DNA of 64,000 nt from Camelus dromedarius (Eukaryota), in assembly GCF_036321535.1 (NCBI RefSeq), contig NC_087436.1, forward strand, positions 36,520,001-36,584,000, given 5' to 3'. Position numbers and translations under genes: made by a program. Below, piece after piece: positions 43,286-56,114 of this stretch. The notes under the pieces were generated by a model. The model was given only the letters and a program-made list of their open reading frames with translations. It did no database searches and had not been told where the DNA came from. How positions within the stretch are numbered: the first letter of the stretch is position 1; each line of letters opens with the position of its first letter.

Positions 43286-43456
43286 AATTGTGACTTAATC
43301 TGGGCTGATCCTTTAGGCAACTGGTTCATGTAGAGGTAAATGTTGATATTCTGCTTGAGAGTGAGTAGATTAGAAGCTGGTTCTGTACAAAATACTGATT
43401 TTTCCATCATAGCAGGATTTTTGCTGTAGAAGAGTAGAAGTTGTCTATAAAAGTAC
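43286..43456 (-). CDS. ADAD1: ADAD1 coding exon 7
   Basis: [56 protein letters not shown](L); acceptor ttttAG, donor TT|GTAAGT; 171 nt. Confidence 0.96.
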
Positions 43457-45141
43457 CTAAAATAAATGAGATGTAACTTTATTGAGTAAGAAAATTTAGA
43501 AGTATCTTAAACATTATATTCATATGTCATGAGTAATGTCCTTGTAAGTCAAAAGTTTTGATATTGATAAGAACTTCTAAAATGATGTCACCCTTACTTA
43601 ATGAAGAATTAAATCCCTTAAGAAGTCTTCAACTAGAGCCCAGTCTGCCCTGTGTCCTACCTTAAGGCATCATTCTTAAACTACCACTCCACCCTCATTT
43701 CATATTAAAGTCCTCAGCTATCATTTCCTGCAAAAGATGCATTTCTCTACTGACTCCTTCCTTCTTTCTCAGCTCTTTCCCAGCCTCCTAGGTAAAGTGT
43801 CAATTTCCTGCTTTACTTCTATTTTCCTTTCCCTGACAAAACAGGCAAAGAGTAACTGTGGTTTCTGCTACTTAATGGTTCTGACAAAAACACAAGAGCA
43901 TAGGAATAATATAATAAAGTCCGCAGTATTAAGAAGTGAAACAGATTTCCTGAAAGACTACTAATCAAATCGGAGGACAAATATTATTTTTACTTATTCA
44001 AAAAATCATGATTTTAATCCTACCATCAGAAATACATAATAAAAAATTAAGCACCAGCATATATAACAGTGCCAGGCATGGGAAGAAAAGACTTACAAAA
44101 GAGGTAGCTTTAAAGAGGTCAAATAATTCAGTAAGCACCAAGGGGGATGGGAGGACAAGATGCTGCATAATAACTTTCATGGGCTTCCCAAAAGCTTTCC
44201 TTTAAAGATTACAGAATTCTTTCCTTATTATTAGAGAATATACGCTTAAGTTTTTCAGATAAAATATGTCTAAATTTGTTTTTAAATACTTGAGCAAAGA
44301 GAACACCATCAACAAAAAGTGAAGAAGCACAGATTAAACAAAAACAAAATCCCAATAACTATGCTAATAATTGGATATGATCATTGGATTGGTATCAGAA
44401 TGCTGGTAACTGAATTCTGGAATTAACTGATTCTCACTTGTGGCTATTTGAAAAATTCAATTAAAAAGGATTCTAAAAAAAGTAAGTTCAATGACTTAAG
44501 AGAACCAAAAGCTGGTAAATACTGTACAAAGTAATACTTCTTTCCCACTTTTCCACGTTTTTATAGGAAGGGACTTCCAAAGAGTAACATTCCTGGTTTC
44601 TCTCTCTACTTCTGCTACTTAATGCCTCTTACAAAGAACGGAATGACTGGTAAGTTTGTAAAAATATACTATGCATGCTTACCTCAGCGCTTTTCTCTTT
44701 GAGATCTGTCAGCCTAAAGAATACTTTATCAACACTTTGTTATATGGTAAACTTTGTACAGACCCACTGATTTCTGCCTTTAGGTAAGTATGACTAATTC
44801 AGGGTGAATTTCTTGGTCCAGATCTACAGCTATACTCTCCAAGTACTTTAATCAGTAATAAAGACAGTATTCTTATCTTTAAAAAAGGTTGTAGTACACT
44901 TAAAACTGAGTTTATAAACTCTTGATAATAGAAGCCACTAAAATTCACAGACTAGACATTGCAATTACTATAAGGTTTCCAAAAATGTCATGGAAATAAT
45001 CAGATGGCTTGGATAAGTAAGAGACTGTCACATCCTTGGTTCAATGATTAGTAAAATTCCACTTGTAAAAAAAGACTTATGTGACTACTTTCGAATAAGA
45101 GCATTAATATTTGATGATATTAAATGTATCTGTTACTTTAC

Positions 45142-45265
45142 CTAAGGAGAGATCTCCTTGCTGTAACAACAGCATGAGTATCGTGCAACACTCTTCCATT
45201 TGGTTTAATGCACTGACTGTAATTATATTCACCTGTGCCTATAGCTACAACTTCGTGGTGTCCAG
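45142..45265 (-). CDS. ADAD1: ADAD1 coding exon 6 (deaminase-like motif I)
   Basis: [41 protein letters not shown](R); acceptor tttcAG, donor TAG|GTAAAG; 124 nt. Confidence 0.96.
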
Positions 45266-46009
45266 CTGAAAGGAAAACGTTAATAGTAGCAGGTTATTTT
45301 GACCTCTCTTCCCTATGTTCAATCTCCACCTCTATCTTTACCATATTCACCAAAATGATGGAAAAATAATTACACAATTTCAAGTAAGAGATTGAGAGTT
45401 TTCTAAGAAGTAAAATTTTAAAAATACTTCAATAACATCTGTTTAAAAGGCAGATGTTTGTTTTATATTATACTTTATCTACATTTTTTACTATAATCAG
45501 TAGAATCACCAGACATCACTAGTTTACAAATATAGATCTGTTTCTTCTGCATCTAGATTTATTTTGCTGGCTGAGACCTCACTTGTCATTCTACTTTGGT
45601 CTTAAATGAATTATCTATATATAATGTCTCTAATTTTTTCTTAATCCACTCAAACTTTCTACAAAGCAAATTATAGTTTCTTTCTCTGTTCTACTGAGAC
45701 AGCTCTTTGGAAGAAACTAGCACCTTATGCTTTTTCTAGTAGTTTTGCTCCTTTACCTTCTGCTATGCTCCATTAGAGATGTCTTTGAAACTCTATGCTC
45801 AGAAGATATAGTTCTGTTTTCCTTTCACATCCTAACTAGGTGGCTTTTCTATATCCTTGTCACTACATCATTGCTTTTTTCCTCTAAATATTCTCCTCTG
45901 AACAACTATCTCCTTCTATGCTTTCCTCCCTGTTGATGATTTCAGAAAATGTCTATTCTTAGTCTTTCAAAGTTCACTCCCACACTTGCAACTATCTAAG
46001 AAAGGACTT

Positions 46010-46800
46010 CCATTCATTCAATAAAAATTGTTGAGGTCCTAGCAAACACCAGGCACTGAAGTAGATGCTAGGAATAAATTAAGCAAGACATGCCCTCGTG
46101 AAGCTTCTAAAAAGGAGAGAAGAAAAAGACTAAACAAACCACAAATTGTGGTAAGAACTTTGGAGAAAAACAAATACAGGGCTAATTTAAAGAATGACAG
46201 GAGGAAAGATTACCTCAGATAGACTAGCTGCAGAACCCCGTCCTATGAAACTGAATTTTAAGTTTCAGTGAAGAGTGAGCAGCATGAGGAATGAGGTAAA
46301 GGGTATTCCAGTCAAAAGAAATAGCTTGTGCAGACTTTGGGCAAAGAAAGACCAGGGTAGCTGTTCCAGTAAAGGCGAGTGAAGGGAAAGGCATAAGATG
46401 AGGTTAGAGAAAGAGGTATTACAAACCTCGTGAAGGAGTTTGTGGATTTCACCCAAGAGCTATGGTGAAGCTATTGAAGCAAAAATCATATTGTGTTACA
46501 TTTAAAGGTCACCACTCTAAGTGGAGATTGCTTTTTGTAGGGTCCAAGAAGCTGAATTAGGGGACTTGTTTCAGTAGTTTAGGTAAGAGACAATGACTTA
46601 AGACTCAAATGATGATTTAATGGGGAAAAAATGATCATATCTGAGTTAGAGTTCGGGGATATAATAAACAGGACTTGAAGATGAACTGTAAGATGTGAGG
46701 GAAAGGGTTAAATAATGGATGACTTAAGATTTTTAGCAACTGAGTGGATGCCATTTACTGAGATAAAGAAAACTGGAGGATTAGGATTAGACATGAAAAA
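46010..46800 (-). mobile_element. LINE-2 3' fragment
   Basis: cattcattcaataaaaattgttgagg...ccaggcactg... and gcaactgagtggatgccatttactgagat, typical of L2. Confidence 0.7.
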
Positions 46801-47059
46801 TTAAAAAAGTTCTATTACCTCTAATGTAGCTGTTCCAATATGGGGTTTGGGGGATGGGGTGGTAAAATGAAATTATATAGTGTCAGTATAAGTTCTGGAA
46901 TGGTGATTAAGTTCTGAGTTATAACAGGCAATAGTGTAGCCAAGGGCCCAGCTTCTTTCTTTGTAACTCAAACTGCAACATTTCAGGCAGATACAAGAAT
47001 TTGATAGTGCAAGAAAAAGGATAACCAAAAGAAAAAAACATTCATCAGATGTAAGAAGA

Positions 47060-50000
47060 AATGGCAGGGAATCCTACCCTGTCCTCCACTGGGCCCACAG
47101 CCACTACATGGGGCATGGCCTTACAGCCAACTGGGCTGAGAGCCAGCCCTGCCTACTAGCATGCCCAGAGTAGTTAGCCAGACCACAACAGAAGGGCACA
47201 CAGATACTAAATATGGAGGTTACCCCTAAAGCATATAGCCCTGATGACCAGAGAAGAATGTGTTTCTGGGTCCCCTAGGATGTCTCCTACGTAAGGCTAC
47301 TTCTGCAAGAGAGGGGAATGTAACTGAACTATCTACCACATAGAAATAAACACAGAGAATTGGACAGTATGAGGATATAGAGAATTACATTCCAAACGAT
47401 GGAACAAGACATAACCTCAAAAAAAGAACTAAATGAAGTAGAGATAATAAATCTACCTGATAAAGAGTTTAAAATAATGATCATAAAGATGCTCACCAAA
47501 AATAAGAGATGAATGGATGAACACAGTATGAATTTCAGCAGAGGTAGAAAATATAAAGAACCACCAAACAGAGCTAAGGAATACAATAACTGAAAAAAAA
47601 AATACACTAGAAAAAAATCAACAGTAGATTAGTTAGTACAAAAGAATGAATCAGCAATCTGGAAGACAAAGTAGCAGAAATCACCCAAGCTAAAGAGAAA
47701 AAAAAAGAATTAAAAAAAAGTGAGGATAGTTTAAGACATCTCTGAAACATCAAACATACTAAGATTTACATTATAGGGATCCCAGGAGAAGAGATAAAGG
47801 GGCAGAGAACTTATCTGAAGAAATAATAGCTGAAAAATTTCCCAACCTGGGGAAGAAAACAGAAATCCAGGTCCAGGAAGCTCATAGGAAACCAATACGA
47901 TGAACACAAAGAGGCCCAAATCAACATGTTAAAATTAAAAATACAATGTTAAAGATGAAGGAAGTAAACAGCAAAAAGAGAAAAGCAACTAGTTACATAC
48001 AAGGGAACTCCTATAAGACTTTCAGCTGACTTTTCAGCAGAAACTTTGCAGGCCAGAAGGGAGTGGCACAATATATTCAAAGTAGTGAAAGAAAAAAACC
48101 TACAACCAAGAATACTATCAATAAAGATGGGGTAGCAACACTTATTATCAGACAAAATAGACTTTAAGAAAAAGACAATAACAAGAGACAATAAAGGACT
48201 CTATGTGATGATAAAGGGATCAATCCGGAAAGAATATATAACAATTATGAATGTAAAGCACCTAGTATAGGAGCACCTAGATACATAAAGCAAATATTAC
48301 TAAACATAAAGGGAAAAACTGACAATAATACGGTAACAGTAGGAGACTTAAACAGCACACTAATATCAATGGTCAGACTATGCAGACATAAAATTAGGAA
48401 ACACTGGTCTCAGATGACACACCAGACCAGATGGAATTAACAGACATATGGAACATTTCATCCAAAATAGTAGAATACACATTCTTTTCAAGTGCATGTG
48501 GAACATTCTCCAGGACAGATCATATGCTCTGCCACAAAATCAGTTTCAATAAATTTACAAGACTGAATTCATATAAAACATCTTTTCTGACCATAATGCT
48601 ATGAAAGTGGAAATCAATTACAAGAGAAAAAAAGCAAAAACCATAAACATATGAAGTCTAAACAACATGCTACTGAATAATCAATGGATCATTGCAGAAA
48701 CCAAAGAGGAAATTAAAAAAAAATCTGGACACAAATAAAAATGCAAGCACAATGAACCAAAATCTCTGGGACAAAGCAAAAGCAGATGTAAGAAGGAAAT
48801 TAAAGCAATACAAGTCTAGTTCATTAAACAAGAAAAATCTCAAATAAATCATTTAATCCTACACCTAAAGGAACTAGAAAAATAAGAATAAACACAACCT
48901 AAAGTTAGAAGAAAAGAAACTAGTAAAGATCAGAGCAGAAATAAATGAAATAGAGACAACAACAAAAAAGCCAGAAAAAAATCAATGAAACTAAGGGTTG
49001 GTTCTTTGAAAAGATAAACAAAATTGATAAACCTTTAGCCAGATACATCATGAAAAAGAGATAGGGCCCATATAAATAAAAGCAGAAATGAAAAAGGAGA
49101 CGAACTGATACCACAGAAATACAAAGGATCATAAGAGATTACTAAGAACAATTATATGCCAATGAAATGTACAGCCAATAAGAATTAGATAAATTCCTAC
49201 AAAGGTACAATCTCTCAAGACTAACCTGGAAGAAATAGAAAATATGAACAGAAATTGAGTAAGTAATTTAAAAACTCTCAACAAACAAAACTCCAGGACC
49301 AGATGGCTTCACAGATGAATTCTATCAAACATTTAGAGAAGAGTCAATATCTATTCTCCTCAAACTATTTCAAAAAACTGAAAAGGAGGGATCACTTCCA
49401 AACTTACTCTACAAGGCCAGAATTACCCTGATACCAAAACCAGACAAAGACACCACAGAAAAAGAAAATTACAGACCAATCTCACTGAAGAACATAGATG
49501 CAAAAAAAAATCTTCAATAAAAATATTAGCAAACCAAATTCAACAATACACGAAAAGAAGGATCATATACCATGATCAAGTGGGATTTATCCTAGGGATG
49601 CTAGGATGGTTTAATATCCACAAATCAATGTGGTACACCACATTACCAAATTGAAAACTAAAAATCATACGATCATCACATTAGATGCAGAAAAAGCTTT
49701 TGGCAAAATTCAACATCCATTTATGATGAAAAAAAAACTCTTAACTGGCTATAGAAGGAACATACCTCAAGATAATAAAGGCCATATATGAGAAATCCAC
49801 AGACAACATCATACTCAACATTGAAGAGCTGAAAACATTTCCTTTTATACCAGGAACAAGACAAGGATACCCACCATCACCACTTTTATTCAACACAGTA
49901 TTGGAAGTCCTAGCCACGCAATCAGACAAGAAAAAGAAATAAAAGGAATACAAACTGGATAGGAAGAAGTAAAACTGCCACTGTTTGTAGATGACATGCT

Positions 50001-50520
50001 ATATACAGAAATCCCTAGACTCCATTAAAAAACTATTACAACTAATAAATGAACTCAGTGAAGTTTGCATGATGCAGAATATCCAGAAATCTGTTGCACT
50101 TCTATACACTAATAATGAACTATCAGAAAAACAAGTTTAAAAAGCAATCCCATTTAAAATTGCATTAGAAAGAAAAAAATACACAGGAATAAATCTAACC
50201 AAGAAGGTAAAATACTTATACTTAGATAACTATAAGACATTGATAAAAGAATTGAAGATGACAACAAATAAATAGATGGAAAGATATATTCCATGCTCAT
50301 GGATTGGAAGAATAGTCTTAAAATGATCATACTACCCAAGGCAATCTACAGAGTCAATACAATCCCTACCAAAATATCAACAGCATTTTTCACAGAACTG
50401 GAACAAATAAACATACAGTTTGTATACAAACACACACATACAAAACCCCAAATAGCCAAAGCGATCTTGAGAAAGAACAAAAAAGCACAGAGGCAGGTAT
50501 CATATACTCCATGATCTCAA
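47060..50520 (+). mobile_element. LINE-1 fragment (end of 5'UTR, ORF1, ORF2 through RT), antisense to ADAD1, internally deleted and lacking a 3' end
   Basis: Homologous to 13100-17400; RT motif LFVDDM at 49981; IILPKAIYRVNTIP at ~50330. Confidence 0.92.
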
Positions 50521-51108
50521 GCTAAGGCTGACTCTTGAACAATCATAGATATCTTCTCTTCCCACATAGGTCACAAAAAATCCTTAAGAATAGGAATCAA
50601 GTATCAAATTATCTGTATATCATCTATATCAGAAATGCATATAAAAATGCATTATGATTTCTTGATCATTAGATCTATTTATCTATTAGGATAAACAGAA
50701 GATAAAATGTAACTGGAATCACATCATAATATTCAAGGAAAACCAGAGATTTATGACTTTTCATATTTTAATATTTTCTTACTTGAAAATGAAAAAAAAG
50801 TTACTTTTTATAGAGGTCTTCTCAATAGCTTCAGGTTGGTAGTGATTCCAACACAGTTATTGTTTAAAATGTTATGCATTTTATTATTCTGCAGTTCTCT
50901 ATTGGTTCCTGATTAGAATACTTAATTCCTACCTTTGATAATCTTTGTGTTTAATGACCCACACCTACTAGAAAAGGCCACTTAAAATCAATGCAGGACC
51001 ATTTTCAACAGGAGCAAAGATAGTTAATAAAAATATTACTATAGTATAGTTCAGATCATTAAATTATTTAATAGTTTTCTTACAAACACATCCCAAATAC
51101 TCACTTAC

Positions 51109-51234
51109 CTCTTTCAATTATAAAAGCAGCTAATGAGTTGCTACATTTCAGATATTCTGAATGATTAGAAATTAGTTGATTAAATGTTTCTTTAACAATC
51201 TGTGAAATCTTTGCAAACTGAATATGTCTCCCTT
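51109..51234 (-). CDS. ADAD1: ADAD1 coding exon 5
   Basis: [42 protein letters not shown]; acceptor ttctAG, donor GAG|GTAAGT; 126 nt. Confidence 0.95.
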
Positions 51235-51607
51235 CTAGAAAAAAAAAATCAAATGAATTTGAAGAACACTGTGCTTTCTCCCAGAGGCCCACTATTATTT
51301 CTTTTACGTTTTGACTGAATGGGTTAATAATTTATAGAGATATGTAAGAAAATTTATAATTCATGTCTTGACTGAGATTTTAAAGTGTTCCACTCTTACT
51401 GAGCTTTTTGGATAGCTTCTTGTAAAAAGACGTGTTAAGTATTACATATTAGGAGATTACTAATTTATATTTGATGAAATATTAAAAAGTCATACACGAC
51501 ACAAGACAATTCTCTGTTATATAAAACTGTCTCACACTGCTGGACAAGCAACATCTCAATGAATGCCAGCAGTCTTTTCTAATTATTTTGACAATCAAAA
51601 TATACCC

Positions 51608-51679
51608 CTTAGTATGTGCCCCACTGAGAACCACTGCAAAGCACTTAGTATTTGCCCCACTGAGAACTGCTGAAAAGAA
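51608..51679. repeat. Imperfect 36-bp tandem duplication
   Basis: cttagtatgtgccccactgagaaccactgcaaagca followed by cttagtatttgccccactgagaactgctgaaaagaa. Confidence 0.85.
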
Positions 51680-54329
51680 CTAAGCACTTACACTCTTGAT
51701 ATAGTTCCATGTTCCCACTAAAAAACATTCCAAACTTTGACAGGAGATAGTTTTAAGTAATTAGGATTACCATAGAAGTTATAACCAAAAAAATATACCT
51801 CAAAAGTTACTCATGGATTTTTTTTTTTTTAGTATGACAGATCTTGAGGTTCTGAGAGAGTGCCTTGGCCATCTGTTGCTTTGTGTGTGTATGCCTGCGT
51901 ATTCCTAAGGAAGAACCATTACTCTAGAGAATGAGAAGTTACAGAATCACTTAATATAGTATTTCTCAAAGTTGAGCTGTTTACTAAACCACTGATAGTT
52001 CCTGATGTTGCATGATGGTTGCTAAGTAGTCTATCAAACTGTTCTCAGTCCATCTTATCTTCAGAGGAAAAAAGTAATGAAACAGCTTTGCTCTCATGCA
52101 TTGCATATACATATGAAGTGTATAATTAACTATAGTTTTCACAGAAATCCTTTGTATCTGCTTAATAATTACATTAAAGAGGCACACAAATGACAAAAAT
52201 TTAACATTAGTAGTCTCAGCTAATATAATTCATTTCATAGGCCACCTACATATTTTTGTTTATTATTTGTCAAACTGGAATGTTTCTTTGTTAATATCAT
52301 TAATGCTCTCTTCTTGGCAAAAACAGGTAAAGTCACAGTATCAAAAAGAGTGAAAGAACATCACAAACATAAATACAAAATGAAACTGAGGGAAAGAAGA
52401 AAGAACTACTGGCTATATCCTTTTATCTAATCACAAAGCATACAATGTGAAGGTGTAAATTATTACTATAATTGCATGCTGGCATGTGTTTCACTTAAAT
52501 TGGTAAAACCATAAACATGTGGTATAAAAATTAGTTTTTTGTGTTCATGTAGTAAAAATATGAATAAGAAGTAATCAAAAACTTGGCTCTGCTTATTACC
52601 AAAACTTACAATACAGGAGAAGCAATTTGTTTACTGATATTTTAAAATTAAACTTTTTTTCATTGAAACAGCAATACAAGAGATATGTATTCTGAAGTTT
52701 CCCTCTCCAAATGCAACCACTATTACCAATCTGGATATTCTGATAAACAACAACATAAACAAATAAATAATATATATCACTTTAAAAAATAAAAACTGGG
52801 GCTTGCTAAAACCCACTTTTTGTATTTACTTGGTCTTGGGCATCATTCAAGGGTAGTTATTAGTGTTACCTCCTTCTTCTTCATGGCTCAACAGAATGAA
52901 TGAACTATAATTTATTTAATCATGTTCTATATAGATAGCAGAGTCAGCAATTATTTTGTGTAATGACACAGAACAGAAAAATACACTGCAATTAGTACTG
53001 ACAGAACAAGATTACGTGTGTGACAAGAAAATGTTTTGCTGTATATTAAAAAGGTTGTACTTGAATATCATAAAAAACATCTGAAAGTTAACAGCATCCA
53101 TCATGATATATCTTTTGACCTAAAATTTGGTGTTGAAGGAAGTAATGAATATTGTGAATATAATCAAATTTTAGTTATTATATCTATCTCTTATTAGCAC
53201 GCATGTGAAGGAATAACAAGTAAGTGCAATACCATTTTTCCTATATATACGTGCTGGCTGCTGAGGAAATAAAATGTTCTCACAAATAACTGGAAGTGAA
53301 GAATGAGACAGAAAATACCACATATATAATGCTAATTAACACCATCTCTTTGATTTCAAGTTGCTAATTTCAAGTGATCTTTAGTATCAGGAGTAACCTG
53401 AACCTATCTTCAGAGCCAAAACATCGCTATATTAAGTGAAGACACAGTCCAGTAAAAATAAGGCAAAGTAGACAGGCTGTGAAATAGTGATACCCTCCAT
53501 AACTGGCCCCAAAGGAGCTGTTCAGGAGATTTTCTTGAGTCTTAAATCTTTCTGTCTTCAAATCGGTAACATCCAACTCCTGTGTTTACCCATAGCCTGA
53601 AGAATTCTTGCTCTCCTTTTTCTGACTAACAGAAAACTGTCAGTTTTTAACTTTTTAACTCCTTACCTGAGCCTACCAAACCTGACTTTTTAAACATAGT
53701 ACTTCTTTAAACATATTGTGAACCACATATTCTTTCTTCCTCACAGATTGATGTTTTCTCAGGGTAACAGTAATCTAAATTACTTGCCAATCACTGACAT
53801 GGGATTCGATCCCACTATTTATTAAAAACGTCCACAGAGGTTGAAAAGAAAGACTAGAGCCCCTTCCCATATCCACTGCTATTAGACTGATTATTCACTG
53901 TCCTTCCGTTCCTCAATTCCTGTGACTGTTAGATCAAGTGACTATATTTAACTATTTGGAGATTTTGCCTTTTGAATGTGCCTATTTTCCCTGGTCTGGT
54001 CCTTTTAATCCAAACAAGCACACAAACGTACACAGCCTTTCTGTGTCTCAGAAAGACAATGGAAAACCAAGCTGGAATAGGTATAAAAGTGTTTTCAAAT
54101 TCTAATCCTCAGACCTGAAAAAGACAAAGAAACACTCTTTTTCATTTTAGTTATATAAATACTCTAAACTTTGAAGTCTGAAGTGTTACTACCATGTGGG
54201 GAGTATACAAATTAAGGATAATTTCTTGCTTTTCAGGGGATTCACAATCTAACGGGAAAAGCATACAATAATTACCAAATAATGTTGAATAAAATAAAAT
54301 ATTATAAAAAATTATAGTACTTACTGTTT

Positions 54330-54462
54330 GTAGCTCACAGAGGAAAAAAATGTGACATTGAATATATGTATGTTCATGTATAACTGAAAAATTGTGCTCT
54401 ACACTGGAATTTGACACAACATTGTAAAATGACTATAACTCAATAAACAAATGTTAAAAAAA
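54330..54462 (+). mobile_element. 133-bp young L1 3'-tail insertion
   Basis: Perfect 16-bp TSD atagtacttactgttt at 54314-54329 and 54463-54478; body matches 16943-17078 and 21469-21600. Confidence 0.92.
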
Positions 54463-54478
54463 ATAGTACTTACTGTTT

Positions 54479-54645
54479 AGTGAGCACCCTACTGTGTGCC
54501 AGGCATCAATCTAAGTATTTTACATGTATAAATAATTAAATCCTTACAACTATCCTATAAGGTAATTATTGTTGTAGCCATTTTACAGACAGAGAAATTA
54601 AGGTGTATAGAGAAGTAACTGGTCCTAGGTCACACAACTAGTAAC
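54479..54645 (-). mobile_element. MIR
   Basis: tgagcaccctactgtgtgccaggc...ccattttacagacagagaaattaagg...ggtcacacaactagtaa. Confidence 0.75.
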
Positions 54646-55056
54646 TTCAACTGCAGTTACAGTTTTCTTGGGCTTGAGTGCCAACTAACATTAAAAGAAA
54701 GTGAACAGATTAATTGAAATGAATACCCCAACCATCAAGCACCAGAAAGCCACTGGCTTTCATTAATGACAATCCCACTAAAGCAAAGAATTCTCAAAAA
54801 AGCAGTTACATGATATGATGAACCATTTCTTTATAAGAAAAAAGCCATTTCTTCATAATCATTCCTTTCCAATTTTATTATTTCTTTAATTTTTAGCAGA
54901 GTATGGAAGGAAATACTCCTCTTTGTAGAAGTGTGACAGGTTCGAGTAAAAATAGAAACTAATGTATATTTTCAGACTTATGCATATTTTAATTACATGT
55001 TGTTATAATTTTTAATTCAGTTAATCTTCTTTAAAAATTATAAAGGTCTTTCCTAC

Positions 55057-55125
55057 CATAATGTACTTTTGAAACATATACTGGCTCAGGTGGGGCAAGA
55101 GGTTCGGCAGGAATAGGAGGAGGAC
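55057..55125 (-). CDS. ADAD1: ADAD1 coding exon 4 (Pro-rich linker)
   Basis: GPPPIPAEPLAPPEPVYVSKVHY; acceptor tttacAG, donor G|GTAGGA; 69 nt; frame preserved. Confidence 0.92.
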
Positions 55126-56114
55126 CTGTAAATAAAACAAAAGTGTAAGGAAAAATGAAACCTCAATGTTCCAAAGAGCAGTTATCATACTATTCTGTAT
55201 AAAATAGCAATCCAAGAATGATCATTTTTTACTGTATACTTCTGCCAACTCTAGGCCATCAATTATTTATTTGCTCAGCCTTGCTAAATGTCTTTCCTAT
55301 ATTGAAATCAATTATACAAACACCAAATACATTTCTGGGTTCCCTAGTCTTATGCTACTATATAACTTGCTTTGTAATAGATGCAACATTCTGAAAATCA
55401 CTTAACTCAAACTCTGTTTTGAATGCTTATGAACAATTTCATATTTACAGTAACAGCAGGTAAACATTTAAATTTAATATTCTATCAAAAATTTAATAAG
55501 TAAAAATTATCATTTTAATCCTATTTTACCAGAGTATTTTCTAAGGGAATACTTCAAAGTTCTCCAAGCTTTCAGTCTCAATCAGAGAAGCAATGGCTTT
55601 CCAATTTGGTTCCTAAGTTAGGGAATCCAGGAAAAACAAGAAAGAAACATGACACTAAACCAAAGGGACAAAAAACGATGAGAAAAGCTTAAATGAGTAG
55701 GCTCCAAGAGAAAAGGTTCAACTAACGTAGTCAGTATCTCTCAAGAATCATTCAAAAAGACAAAACAAATAGAACTGCTACTCTGGACTTCATTTTGAGT
55801 AAAACGGGAAGCTAGCTGAATACACAGAAATCAGCAAAGAAAGGTTGACAATGTCATCTTGGGGTTCACATTAGTTAAGCAAAAAAAAATGTTGACTATA
55901 GTTAGGTACATACACTTTGGACTTTAGATAACAGAACTTTAAAAACTGAGAAAGATGGATTTTTTCCCCATTTACTCAGTGAGTAAGGATCAAGTGGAAT
56001 TAAAACTAAAGATACTAAAACTAAAAATACTAAATCGTATTTATCAAGCACAATACTTTCAATAAATAAGAAAATGTGACTGCATAAGTTGGTTTGCATT
56101 TTGAAACACCATAC

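Noticed and set aside
44677..44720. Strong minus-strand donor GAG|GTAAGC at 44682 suggesting an extra exon
   Set aside because: The nearest acceptor is weak and gives a 31-nt out-of-frame exon; the CDS is complete without it.
36313..51690. 22-bp and 36-bp direct repeats as CRISPR-like arrays
   Set aside because: Only two adjacent units each, no spacers, no cas genes, and the context is a mammalian intron.
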